From Octopus sinensis (taxonomy: Eukaryota): 64,000 nt of DNA. The DNA lies in the NCBI RefSeq assembly GCF_006345805.1, contig NC_042997.1, positions 200,508,001-200,572,000 on the forward strand, read 5' to 3'. This document shows positions 25,041-37,848 of this stretch, piece by piece. Each line of letters begins with the position of its first letter. Position 1 is the first letter of the stretch. The notes beneath the pieces are model-generated. The model searched no databases, was not told the DNA's origin, and worked only from the letters and a program-made list of their open reading frames with translations. The translations under genes were made by a program, and so were the position numbers.

Positions 25041-25204
25041 TTTTTTTTTCTTTACCTTCATGAATTAAGAGTATTGCTGTCTGGGAGATATCTTATGGTA
25101 GTGGAATAGTATTTAACTGCTATTTCTAAATTTCGGTATGTGGTGAAGCAATTTGCTCAACCTTAATTATAATTATGCTTATAATTATAGAATTTTTGTA
25201 TAGC

Positions 25205-25587
25205 GGAAACACTCCGTCGGTTACGACAACGAGGGTTCCGGTTGATCCGAAGCAACGGAACAGCCTGCTCATGAAATTAACGTGTAAGTGGCTGAGCACT
25301 CCACAGACACGCGTACCCTTAACGTAGTTCTTGGGGATATTCAGCGTGACACAGAGAGTGACAAAGCCGGCCCTTTGAAATACAGGTACAACAGAAACAG
25401 GAAGTAAGAGTGAGAGAAAGTTGTTTGAAAGAGTACAGCAGGGATCACCACCATCCCCTGCCAGAACCTTGTGGAGCTTTAGGTGTTTTTGCTCAATAAA
25501 CACTCACAACGCCCGGTCTGGGAATCGAAACCGCGATCCTATGACCGCGAGTCCGCTGCCCTAACCACTGGGCCATTGCGCCTCCAC
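25205..25587 (-). mobile_element. Young tRNA-derived SINE family D (CpG-rich); a second tRNA-like head lies at about 25625-25722 (-)
   Basis: GGAGGCGCAATGGCCCAGTGGTTAGGGCAGCGGACTCGCGGTCATAGGATCGCGGTTTCGATTCCCAGACC head. Confidence 0.85.
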
Positions 25588-27409
25588 AGAATTTGGTTTT
25601 AACATACTGAACTACTTGGTAAATTTTGCTCATAAACACACACATTGCCCAGTCTGAGATTCGAACCCGCGATCCCTCGACTGCAAGTCCGCTGCCATAA
25701 CCACTAAGCCATGTGCCTCCACAACTTGACATATAAAAATCATTAATGTATGTGTGTGTATATACAAATGAGGCTATATGAGTGTGTATATGTGTATGCA
25801 TATATGTGTGGGTATATACATACATGTATATGTGTGTATAAGCATGCATATGTAGATGTGTGTGTGTGTGTGTACATTCATTTGAAATTGTTTATAAATA
25901 AAAGCAAAACCTTCAGGTCAGTGAGTGTCAGTCGGTCAGCCTTTTATGTTATATATTTGTCAGTTGCTAACATTTGAACTCAGTGCCACTTTAATTAACA
26001 TTTCAGTCAAGTTTTATGGTGCTAAAGAGATGTTTATCTGTGGCACTGATAACAGTTTTGACCATTGTATACTTAGAAACAATAACTAACAACATTATGT
26101 TATCTTCTCAATTATTTCATCTTAATTTTTTTCTGTAAATATTTGCCTGTTATGTATGTAACTACAGTAACGAGAAAATATATTGAGATAAACTCTAATG
26201 ACGTGATGATCTAATTTATATTTACGGTCAGGATTATATAATTCGGCTTTACGTCCCTTCCTGAAACACATCACGTGCAAGAATGATGTAGATAAATAAT
26301 TTACAAAGTGGCTAACTGGCTTCCGACAGAGCAGCTGACTGGCTTCCATGCCAGTGGCACATAAAGCACACCATTTGAGTGTGATCGTTACCAGCATCGC
26401 CTTACTGGCACTTGTGCCCCGTGCTAGTGGAGTGCTAAGAGCACCATCCAAGCGTAATCGTTGTCAGAGCAGCTAACTGGCTTCCGGGCCAGTGGTACAT
26501 AAAAGGCACCATTCGAGCATGATCGTTACCAGCGTCACCTTGCTGGCACTTGTGCCGGTGGCATGTGAAAAAAACATTTGAGCGAGGTCATTGCCAGTAC
26601 CGCCTGACTGGCCCCCATGCCGGTGGCACATAAAAGCACCCACTACACTCTCGGAGTGGTTGGCATTAGGAAGGGCATCCAGCTGTAGATACTCTGCCAG
26701 ATCAAGATTGGAGCCCGGTGCAGCCATCTGGTTTGCTAGCCCTCAGTCAAATCATCTAACCCATGCTAGCATGGAAAGCGGACGTTAAACGATAATGATA
26801 ATGATGAACCTCAAAAACTAATTCTCTCATCTTATATGTGTAAGAGCTTTTCTCTTAAATGTGTTGTATTGGAAGCGCAACAAGGTTCTAATTTAATCTC
26901 ATATTTCGTTTCAAACTATAATGTTTCTAAATTCATCTTAAAATTTCCAGCTTGTCTCAACCTCAAAATGTTGAGGTTTTTGGCTCCTGTGCTGCATCTT
27001 TTATAGTGAAAACCTAATATTCATAAAAATCTTTTCACCAGATCTGGAAAATTACAGCATTAATATTCTTCACCATTGGGTTTGCTGTTGTGATGTATGT
27101 ACGTTATATGTTAACTGCAGCTTTGTTTTGTGATATTTCAATTTCTGTAAGATATTCTATAAAGCATGGAAATTTGTTCTGTTAATGTATTGGGTGACGC
27201 AGTGTATCACGATTGTTCCTTGCTTTAAATCATAGTGATTTACGCTTGTCTGGTAAATGTTACAGTTGGAGTTGTGAAGATTGCAACATTCAGTTCTAAT
27301 CAAATTTCTTAATAACATTAGTCATACTAAGATTTTCTGAGGTTTACATTTCCATGGTGTGTTGTTAACAGGGAAGTTCCCTATGGCATTGTTTTTGTAA
27401 TATATTACT

Positions 27410-27558
27410 TATATTATTTACATTATTTATATTTGACGGATATTTGTCCTCATCTTGTTTGTTGTTAACACGTTTCAGCTGATATACCGTCAACCCCTTA
27501 TCAGGTGTCTTGGGAAAATTTCGAACCTGGGTTCTCATTCCTAAGGTATTTTTCGATG

Positions 27559-27603
<45 letters not shown>

Positions 27604-27730
27604 TATTATTATTATTATTATTATTCAGGTCATTGCCTGGGATCGAACTTGGAATCTTGGGGTTAGCAGCCTGTGCTCGTAACCAAGGGCTACTAATCCC
27701 AAGATTCCAAGTTTGATTCCAGGCAGTGAG

Positions 27731-27765
<35 letters not shown>

Positions 27766-27790
27766 TAATAATAATAATAATAATAATAAC
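27410..27790 (-). mobile_element. HHR-SINE copy (minus) plus inverted partial head (plus)
   Basis: Minus: tRNA head-(AAT)n-GACAC CTGATAA...GAAACGTGTT (27467-27509; G8 mutated). Plus 27686-27790 repeats the head and (AAT)n in opposite orientation. Confidence 0.75.
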
Positions 27791-28549
27791 AATGGCTCTT
27801 ATCTGGCCTCTGTATACAGACACGGGAGTTTCTATACATATATGTATTGATTCCAAAACTTTAGTGCTCACAAACAAAGATAAAAGCTTAATAAAGTAGA
27901 GTTGTAAATTCTTGTATCATAACTGAGCTTTACATTGTCAATCATTCAAATGGTTAATATACATAATCAATATAAACAGAATTTTTGCAAAATCTTCGAA
28001 ATATTGTTTTTGATTGGTTGCCGCTGAGTAGCCCTCAAAAATTGCATCACACATTCATCTATTCATTTTGCCATACGTGAAACATTTTATGTCTTCAGTA
28101 TGTAAAGAAAAACATAAAATTAAAGACTATGGTTATTGTTAACGTGGTTACAGAATTAATGGCAAGCTGAATAGAGTTTCACTGGATGACCGACCAATTT
28201 TGAATATTAAGTTTGTTGGTAAAAGAAACTCTTAACAATAAAAATGAGCCAAAATTATCAAAATAGAAAACAAATGTTTCCTGGTTAGCATTGTGTAGAT
28301 TTATGTAAGTGTGTAATATATTATGTGGTTCGTTAATTGTGAAAATTTTATGATTAATTTATGATAGGCGTTGGAATGACTGTGTGGTAAGTAGCTTGCT
28401 TGCCAGCCACACGGTTCTGGGTTCAGTCCCACTGTGTGGCACCTTGGGCAATATGGAGTATTGAAGTGGTTTTTAGAGCCATTTGGCATCTATTTCTAGC
28501 GTTTTGGTATTGTCAATCTGCACCCTTTAATGTAATTATCTGTATTCTT

Positions 28550-29070
28550 TCATTCTTTTATTTGTTTCAGTCATTTGGCTGTGGCCATGCTGGAGCACCG
28601 CCTTTAGTTGAGCAAATTGACCCCAAGACTTATTCTTTGTAATCCTAGTACTTATCCTATAGGTCCCTTTTGCCAAAACACTAAGTTACAGGGACGTAAA
28701 CACACCAACATCAGTGGTCAAGCAATGATGGCAGGGACAATCACAGACACAGAAGCACACACACATCATCATCATCATCGTCATCGTCGTTATTGTCGTT
28801 TAACGTCCGCTTTCCATGTTGGTATGGGTTGGATGGTTTGACTGAGGGCTGGTGAGCCACAGGACTGCACCAAGCTTTACTCTGATCTGGCAGAGTTTCT
28901 ACAGCTGGATGCCCTTCCTAACAGGCATACGACAGGCTTCTTTCAGTTTCCATCTGCCAAATCCACTCATGAGGCTTTGGTCAGCCCGAGGCTATGATAG
29001 AAGACACTTGCCCAAGGTGCCACACAGTGGGACTGAACCCAGGATCATATGGCTGGTAAGCAAGCTACTT
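28550..29070 (-). mobile_element. SINE family A with a family C fragment nested in its internal microsatellite
   Basis: A tail 28550-28760, C fragment about 28765-28922, A head 28925-29070. Confidence 0.8.
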
Positions 29071-30423
29071 TATTTTATTAAATTTGCCATAAAGGCAGTA
29101 CATAGAGTAAAATAGCTTTGTGGGGTGGACACGGACATTAATGAGATGAATGATAATGATACAAAAGGATGATAAGGAAGGGAGAAGACAGAAAGCACCC
29201 ACCGACCCTCTGCTTCTCTATAACATTGTTCTTTCATAACCATACGTTTGAGGTATTAAACATCTTACAATTTTTCAATATTTCAACATGCATTGCAGTA
29301 TTAAACCTCTTATAATTTTTTGATATTTACAATTAATTTGGACTAAAAAGTCCATTACAAATAAAAACTATTTAAATGCACACTTGATGCAATAAACCTC
29401 TTATACTAAGGCTCCCTTTCACCATCCCCAATTAACTCTCTTGTGGTCTGCAGGCAATCCCGCACCTGCAAGTCGGGGCCCCAAAAGAGAATTCTGAGAT
29501 CCTCCTTAACAGAGTCTGTTATATGGACTAATTCCCTTCTTTCCAGTACCAGAGAAGCCACCTGCGAAGGCCACTCTACTTACCATGCAGCCACACCTGC
29601 ACCTATGCATGCAAATGTTGATGTGATGTATAAAATATAAATAACAAGATTATGAAATGCTGTAAACGAATGGAATGAACAGCTATTCTCTCACCCCACT
29701 TCTCTAATCTGTCCTCTTATATTTATGTGTAAGTGTGTGAGTGCGTATGTGTGTGTGTGTGTGTGTGCATGCATGTGTTTGTGTGCATGTGTGTGTGTCT
29801 GTGTGTATCAGAATTTTTAGTGTAATGTATTGACCGTAATACTTATGTTTTTAAAGCCTGGTACTTATTCTATTGCTCATTAGTAGAACCGCTAAGCTAC
29901 AGGGACATAAACACACCAACACTGGTTGTCAAATGGCGGTGGAGTGGACACAGCAACACACACACAAATATATATCCATATATATACATATGATGGGCTT
30001 CTTCCAGCTTCCATCTACCAAATCTATCCATGAGGCTTTGGTCTGCCCAAGGCAGATCTAAGACATTTACGCAGGGTCCCGCACAGTAGGACTGAACCCT
30101 GAACCATGTGGTTGGGAAGCAAGCTTCTTACCACATAGCCACACACATACATACACACACACACACACACATGCAACCACACAGCCACTCACTCACACAC
30201 ACACGCACACACACACACACATACATGCACACGCACACACACACACACATACACACACACACACATACCATCTTGTCTCCTTCCATCCCTTCCATTTTCT
30301 GTAACCCTCTCTTCATTTTATTTCTCTCAGCTTTTGCACCTTTCTGCTTTTCCTTTCTATTATTTCTTTCTTGTTTTACTTCCTTTCTTCTTCTTTTTCT
30401 TGTTTTCTTCCTATTACCACCAG

Positions 30424-30692
30424 ATTTACCCAGTCAACCAATTTCCTTCATACTTGTGGCGAAAGAGGTAGAATGGAAGACGAGAGTGAAAGGAAGTGCA
30501 ACAGGCTTGTTCATCTCCAGTCTTGAGCTAATCAACATTTTCGTTTTCCACATGAAACGGAAAATAAGGCTGGTGAAGAAATGCCTGTCGCAAAGTGTGT
30601 TTCGTAAAAGATGGAAGTCTATAGCAAGTATGTTGCGAGTGAAAGAACCTGTTTAAACGAGAATATAAAAAAGAGAAAGCAAAGTCTTCAGT
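30424..30692 (+). other. Candidate host exon (possible first coding exon from ATG 30611)
   Basis: Long polypyrimidine tract then CCAG acceptor at 30423; donor GTGAGT at 30693; aagATGG open to the donor (MEVYSKYVASERTCLNENIKKRKQSLQ). No homology recognised. Confidence 0.25.
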
Positions 30693-30763
30693 GTGAGTAT
30701 GTGGTTTGTGGGGTCGACCGTATCCTCCGCTTCATTTTTGGTAAATCATTCATTCTCATTTAA

Positions 30764-31149
30764 TCTTTATATATAAAAGTGAAGTTGTGTGTCTGTCTCC
30801 TACGATTTAGATTCCTAACTACTCCCACATTTTGCGGTGCAGTTTAACCAAAACCGGGTATCTTATAGTCGTGATTCATATCGAGCCCTTCTGGGTATTA
30901 GCGCGTGTCTACGATGAGTCTACTATTTAAAAAAAATTTTTTCCATTTTAATGCATTTTTTTCGCTATTATATAAGGGAAGTAACTCTCTAAAAATGTCT
31001 ACGATGAGTCAACGATTTAAAAAAAATTTACCATAATTTTTTTTCCATTTTTAATGCATTTTTTTGCTATTTTTTGGCTATAACTCTCTAAAAATGCTTA
31101 TATAGTTATTTCCCTTACAAACCCGAGCAATGCCGGGCGATACTGCTAG
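30764..31149 (+). mobile_element. Non-autonomous Helitron-like element
   Basis: A|TCTTTATATATAAAA 5' end, subterminal hairpin CCCGAGCAATGCCGGG, 3' CTAG|T. Inserted between A and T, no TSD. Confidence 0.8.
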
Positions 31150-31933
31150 TTTAATATATTTTAATTATTTATTCATACATTTCGTCTCATTCGATACCCT
31201 GACCCCAATGTTTGTTTTGTCTGTCCTCGTATCGTCCCCTCTTTTTCTCAACCTTATAGTAAATAAAGAAATTCTCTTTCTTCACTCACAGGTTCATACC
31301 TCACACCTCCCTCCATCCCTATACACACTTCTGACTTCATCTTCCTCCTACGTGTTTTTCTTCCAGGCTTCTTTCTCGCTTCGACTGCTTCAACAACCTG
31401 ATGTCATTTTAACTCTCTCATGATACATTGCTTAAGACCATAATGCATTCTACTTATCTCCACACATCTTTATATTTATCGTCTCTGTCTGAACACCATT
31501 TTGTTATTAGTCCCTTGTGCGCTAAGTTTTATAATCACATCGTATGGCCAGATATACTTCGTTTCAGCTTATTTTTCTTTTGTAATGTCACTGTTCTTCT
31601 CAAAATTTGTTTTATTCTTGCTTTTGGTTTGAAAATACTTTGTTTTCTTCCTTTGTTTTGTTTTGCGTTTTATCATAATCATCTCAGCAAACTCGTCTTT
31701 TTCTTGTTTCTTAGTTTTCGAGTGTGTGTGTCTGTTTCTTTACAACCAGTTCTAGGTACTGTTGGAATAAATAGTAATATTTTAGGTGTCGAAATTGTAA
31801 TGATTTTGGATTGACAACTGATGAAGCAATCAGGTTTGTACATGTCTGTTTGAGCAGCTTTTAAGCTTTTCTTGAAAATTTCATATTTGCCTATCTGTGT
31901 TACATAAGATAGAATGTGTGTGTATGTGTTATA

Positions 31934-31971
<38 letters not shown>

Positions 31972-32272
31972 ATTCCACCAGTGAAGATCCTGTCACCTTG
32001 GATCTGGTTTCACTATTTAAGCATTTCACCTGCTTTGAGCCTTTTATCCCCTTTTTTAAGCAGTGTTTCCAATGCTTGTTATAAACATATATGAGTGCGT
32101 ACATGTGTGTATATATGTGTGTGTGTGTGTGTGTGTGTGCAAATGTGTTAATGTACAAATATATATGTTTATACACACACACATATATATATATATACAC
32201 AAATATATGTATATATAAATATATATATGTGTATATACTTATCATAGAAGCATACACACACACACATTTGCA

Positions 32273-32705
32273 CATGGCTGTGTGGTAAGTACCTTACTTA
32301 CCAACCACATGGTTTCGGGTTCAGTCCCACTGCGTGGCACCTTGGGTAAGTGCCTTCTACTATAGCTTCAGGCCGACCAAAGCCTTGTGAGTGGATTTGG
32401 TAGGCGGAAAGTAAAAGAAGCCCATCGTTTATATATATATATATATATATGTGTGTATGTGTGTGTGTGTTTGTGTGTCTGTGTTTTTCCCTCCAACAAC
32501 GCTTGACAACCGATCTTGGTGTGTTTATATCCTCGTAACTTAGTGGTTCGGCAAAATAGACCGATAGAATAAGTACTAGGCTTACAAAGAATAAGTCCTG
32601 GGGTTGATTTGTTTGACTAAAGGTGGTGCTCCAGCATGGCCACAGCCAAATGACTGAAACAAATAAAAGAACAAAAGAAAATAAAAGAATAAAAGAATAA
32701 AAGAA
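32273..32705 (+). mobile_element. SINE family A, full length. Other copies at about 29840(-), 34250(-), 41050-41820(-), 47106-47522(+), 48200-48780(-), 50447-50843(+), 50856-51227(+), 53243-53636(+), 57667-58120(+), 60630-61280(+), 63270-63870(-)
   Basis: TGGCTGTGTGGTAAG head, GGTTCAGTCCCACTG, CCTTGGG(C/T)AAGTG block, (AAAAGAAT)n tail. Confidence 0.9.
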
Positions 32706-32709
32706 TCCG

Positions 32710-33160
32710 TGGCTTTTGCCGATTGCCAGAGATTGCTACATAAAATTCTTATGGCCAAATATTTTGGCACCGTGTTTGATTCCACTCCAGATCAAGCACA
32801 TCGGAAGTAAATGACCCAAACATTTCTTTCTATTGATATTGATTTTAAAGAGAAAACAAATAAATGTTTGTTTGTTTTTTTTTTTTGTTATATATATAAA
32901 CGATTCTTCTTTTGGATTTATCCAATTAAAACTAAAGGATGGTGAAAACGTTGTGGAAGTAATTTTAGAAAAACTTGTAAAAGACGAAATGTCATTATAA
33001 GATTTTTCGATTTCAGTGTTATATAACAATGCTGCGGCTATAACAAACGTAATGTTCAAGAATGGATTAATAGAAAACAATTACGAAACTATTTTGGTAA
33101 AGTGCAATAATCGTTCTCTTGAGCTGGCTGGAGAATCTGTTGCTAACAGTGATGTATTCT
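32710..33160 (+). pseudogene. hAT transposase fragment (ZMYM1/PRKRIR-like group)
   Basis: ILMAKYFGTVFDSTPDQAHRK*...SFGFIQL...VILEKL...FQC.Y.NNAAA matches the pattern AKYFSxxxDxTPDxSHxEQ...FLGF...QxYDNAA. Confidence 0.8.
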
Positions 33161-33544
33161 TTTGTATCATTTAAGGCGGCGAGCTGGCAGAAACGTTAGC
33201 ACGCTGGGTGAAATGCTTAGCAGTATTTCGTCTGCCGTTACGTTCTGAGTTCAATTCCGCCGAGGTCGACTTTGCCTTTCATCCTTTCAAGGTCGATAAA
33301 TAAAGTACCAGTTACGCACTGGGATCGATGTAATCGACTTAATCCGTTTGTCTGTCCTTGTTCGTCCTCTCTGTGTTTAACCCCTTGTGGGTTGTAAAGA
33401 AATATATATTCTTTTGTATCATTTACTTGTTTACAGCAAGAAGCTGCGGTCATGCTGGGCCACTGGTTTGAAGAATTTTCAGCTTAATGGGTCGAACCCA
33501 GTACGTATTTACGTTTTATGACTAGTCTTGACTCTCTTGAGTCA

Positions 33545-33905
33545 AGACTACTGAAAAGTTTGCAAGATGCAACGAAAATTTTTTGGAAAATAAAAATAAG
33601 AAATAAGTGGAAATTTTACCGGTGAGTGTGTTACATAATAAGGCACAAAAAGAAAATGACTCTCCCCAGACACAACAGAATAATAATAATAATAATAATA
33701 TAATAATAATAATATAATAATAATAATAACAACAACAACAAAAACAAAAACAACAACAATAACAACAACAACAATAATAATAATGATAACATCGAAAAAT
33801 TCTTTCCCCAAGACACCTGATGAAGGCTGAAGGGTATATCAGCTGAAATGTTGTGTTAACAACAAACAAGATGAGGACAAATATCCGTCCAATGTAAATA
33901 AAGTA
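33545..33905 (+). mobile_element. HHR element copy with a non-tRNA 5' module
   Basis: HHR 33812-33857: GACAC-CTGATGA-AGGCTGA..TCAGCT-GAAA-TG-TT-GTGTT. 5' module shared with 49085-49210. Confidence 0.7.
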
Positions 33906-34585
33906 AATCATCATCATCATCATCATCGTTTAACGTCCATTTTCCATGCTAGCATGGGTTGGACGGTTCGACCGGGGTCTGGGAAGCCAGGAGGCTGTAC
34001 CAGGCTCCAGTCTGATTTGGTAGTGTTTCTACAGCGGGATGCCGTTCCTAATGCCAACCACTCCGTGAGTGTAATGGGTGCTTTTTATGTGCCACTGGCA
34101 CAGGGGCCAGAGGAGGCTGGCAAACGGCCACGATCGGTTGGTGCTTTTACGTGTCACTGACACAGACGCCAGTCAGGCGGCACTAGCATCTGCCACGTTT
34201 GGACAGTGCTTTTAATGTGGCACTGGCACAGGTATCTTTTACGTTTTATGACTAGTATTCTGTCAGTCTCTTTTGCTGAACCGTTAAGTCATTAAGTTAT
34301 GGAGACATAAACACAACAATACCAGTTGTGAACCAGTGGAGAGGAAGACATACACACACACTCAAAATAGGCTTCTTTCTGTTTTCATCTACCACATCTA
34401 CTGAAGACCTTTGGTCGGCCTGAGGCTATAGTAGAAGACACTTGCCCAAGGTGCCATGGTGCCATGTGGTTGGGAAGCAAGCTTCTTTATTTCAATATTT
34501 TTCCATGACGGCATTACATAGAGGGGACACTACAACACATGTGGGGACATATAACAATTAAAAATATATAAAAATAAAATATATG

Positions 34586-34616
<31 letters not shown>

Positions 34617-34665
34617 CATCGAAAATTACTTTAGGAATGAGAACCCACATTCGAAATTTCCCCAA

Positions 34666-34711
34666 GACACCTGATGAAGGCTGGAGTGTATATCAGCCGA
34701 AATGTTGTGTT
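34666..34711 (+). ncRNA. Best-preserved HHR of the HHR-SINE family (element about 34583-35099, interrupted by family C)
   Basis: GACAC-CTGATGA-A-GGCTG-gagtgtatat-CAGCC-GAAA-TG-TT-GTGTT. Five-bp stem I, 5-bp stem II, loopless stem III. Confidence 0.7.
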
Positions 34712-35794
34712 AACAACAAACAAGATGAAGCCAAATATCCATCAAATGAAAATAATGTAAATCATCATCATCATCATCATCATTATCATCATCATCATCG
34801 TTTAACATCTGTTTTCCATGCAGGCATGGGTTGGATGGTTCGACTGGGGTCTAGGAAGCCAAGAGGCTGCACTAGGCTCCAGTCCAATCTGGCAGTGTTT
34901 CTACAGCTGGATGCCCTTCCTAATGCCAACCACTCCGAGAGTGAAGTGGGTGCTTTTTACATGCCACTGGCACAGGGGCCAGAGGAGGCTGGCATCGACC
35001 ACGATCAAATGGTGCTTTTTACATGCCACTGGTGCAGGGGCCAGAGGGGCTGGCATTGACCACGATCGGATGATGCTTTTTATTTTAAATATAGAACTGT
35101 AATATTGGTTTTTATTGGTATTTCATCTGTCTTTAAATTATGAGTTCAAATTCCGCCAAGGTCGACTTACTCTCTCATCCTTTCGGGGTCGATAAATTAA
35201 GTACCAGTCATATACTGGGGTTGATCTAATTGACTGACCCCCTCCACAAAAACTTTGGGCCTTGTGCCTAGAGTAGAAAAGGCATATGAGTTTTTCCTTG
35301 GGTGCAATGCACCCTACTTTCACCTCTAAGTGCTTCTTGAGTTTATTTTCATTTTTCAAAATCTTGTTTCAAAAAATTTATTAAAATATTCCAGTCTGTG
35401 TTAAGGATATTCACAGTAAAAGCAAACACAGGGGACTAAATACTTAACTGATCACTACTAGATAGGCTGCTTTCTTCAATAATGTTTTCCAGCTTTTCAT
35501 TAAAAAAAATAAGGCCTATCTCATTGTGGTAAATAATTTATTTACTCCTCATGATTTAAAAAAAAATTGTTGTTACGGCTATGCTGGAGCATCATATCTC
35601 ATGTCGTTCCTTCTGTTATGACATATTTATTCAAGTTAGTGCATTGTGTTGTTTGTTTGTAGACCCTTAGATAAATGTTCGTATGCACTCATATGTTTCC
35701 CTTTTCTGCCAGTTCATCATCATCTTCATCATAATCATCATTCTCATCATATTCGTTATCATCGTCATAGTCATCATCACCATTCTCATCATTC

Positions 35795-35828
<34 letters not shown>

Positions 35829-36094
35829 TTAACAGCGATTGTCCAGGCTGGTGTGGGTTGGACAGTTTGACAGGAACAGGCAAAGTCGGGAGCTACATCA
35901 AGTTTCATTCTCTCTCTTGCTTTAGTTTCTACAGTTGGATGTCCTTCCTAATGCCAACCACTTTCCAGAGGATACCGCGGGCTTTTCATATGGCACCAGC
36001 ACCAGTGCTTTATATGCAGCACCATCACAAGTGCTTTTTACGAAGCACCATAAGCAGTCCTTTATTTGTGGCACCATCAGCAGTGCTTTTAAGA

Positions 36095-36860
36095 AGCACC
36101 ATCACCAGTGCTTTTTATGTGGCACCATCTCCAGTGCTTTTTATGTGACACCATCTCCAGTGCTTTTTATGTGGCACCATCACCAGTGCTTTTTATGTGG
36201 CACCATCACCAGTGCTTTTTATGTGGCACCATCACCAGTGCTTTTTATGTGGCACCATCACCAGTGCTTTTTATGTGGCACCATCTCCAGTGCTTTTTAT
36301 GTGACACCATCTCCAGTGCTTTTTATGTGGCACCATCTCCAGTGCTTTTTATGTGGCACCATCACCAGTGCTTTTTATGTGGCACCATCACCAGTGCTTT
36401 TTATGTGGCACCATCACCAGTGCTTTTTATGTGGCACCATCTCCAGTGCTTTTTATGTGACACCATCTCCAGTGCTTTTTATGTGGCACCATCACCAGTG
36501 CTTTTTATGTGGCACCATCACCAGTGCTTTTTATGTGGCACCATCACCAGTGCTTTTTATGTGGCACCATCACCAGTGCTTTTTATGTGGCACCATCTCC
36601 AGTGCTTTTTATGTGGCACCATCTCCAGTGCTTTTTATGTGGCACCATCTCCAGTGCTTTTTATGTGGCACCATCACCAGTGCTTTTTATGTGGCACCAT
36701 CACCAGTGCTTTTTATGTGGCACCATCACCAGTGCTTTTTATGTGGCACCATCTCCAGTGCTTTTTATGTGGCACCATCACCAGTGCTTTTTATGTGGCA
36801 CCATCACCAGTGCTTTTTATGTGACACCATCTCCAGTGCTTTTTATGTGGCACCAGCACC
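36095..36860. repeat. 26-bp minisatellite, about 29 near-perfect units with degenerate flanks (about 35990-37207), inside a family C element
   Basis: Unit AGTGCTTTTTATGTG(G/A)CACCATC(A/T)CC. Confidence 0.95.
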
Positions 36861-37805
36861 TGTGCATTTCATGATGTACCATCAGCACTGCTTTTTACGT
36901 GGCACCATCACAAATGCTTTTTTCAAAACACCATTGGCATCGCCAGTGCTTTTTATGAAGCAACATCATCATTATTATCATCGTCATTGTTTAACGTCTG
37001 CTTTCCATGATAGCATTGGTTGGACTATCAGCAATGCATTTTATGTGGCACCATCGCCAGTGCTTTTTATATGACAGTTACCAATGCTTTTTATAAAGCA
37101 CTACCACCAGTGCTTTTTACGAAGCACAATCACCCGTGCTTTTTATGTGGCATGATCACCAGTGCTTTTAACGAAACACCATTAGCAGTGCTTTTTATGT
37201 GGCACCATTTTGATATCGTCACTATTCAAAAAGACGATACGATGTTCTGATGGACAATGTTCTATCGTTCCCAGTATTACTTGTAGATAATAAAGATTTC
37301 TCTTTGAACATTATTTTCTTTCAAGAGAATCTTTATAATTTATTACGTTATATTTTGTACTTTTTGTGTAGTTCCTTAGTTCCTTGATTATATATTATTC
37401 AGCTCCTAAATAACTTACATTTTCCCACTTCAACACAGCATCTCTTATCACAATGTGATGATCTACAATTATCTCTGTTTTACCTTTTTTTAATAAGATC
37501 TCAATAGTTTGCCATTGTTTGCTTGCTAATTTCTAAAATGTACTGAAATGAATGAATAAACATAAGAATATTCAGCAAATTTTTCTGTTTTTTTTTTTGC
37601 TTTTTTTGCTTATTTTGATACTGTTACGCACTTCATGGAAGAAGCATGGCTGGAAGTAAGAAGCTTGCACCCCAACCACATGGCTCTGGGTTCAGTCCCG
37701 CTGTGAGACACTTTGGGTAAGTGTCTTCCACTGTAGCTTCAGGCCAACCAAAGCCTTGTAAGTATATTTGGTAGACAGAAACTGAAAGAAGCCGGTTGTA
37801 TATAC

Positions 37806-37845
<40 letters not shown>

Positions 37846-37848
<3 letters not shown>

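Noticed and set aside
31813-31850. Hammerhead candidate CTGATGA...GTACATGTC
   Set aside because: GAAA box absent; not counted.
36095-36860. CRISPR-like array (also 11549-13050 and 61612-61955)
   Set aside because: Head-to-tail units with no unique spacers, no cas genes, eukaryotic context.
35935-37074. 379-aa Cys/His-rich repeat ORF
   Set aside because: Translation of a 26-bp stop-free minisatellite; open in all three plus frames.
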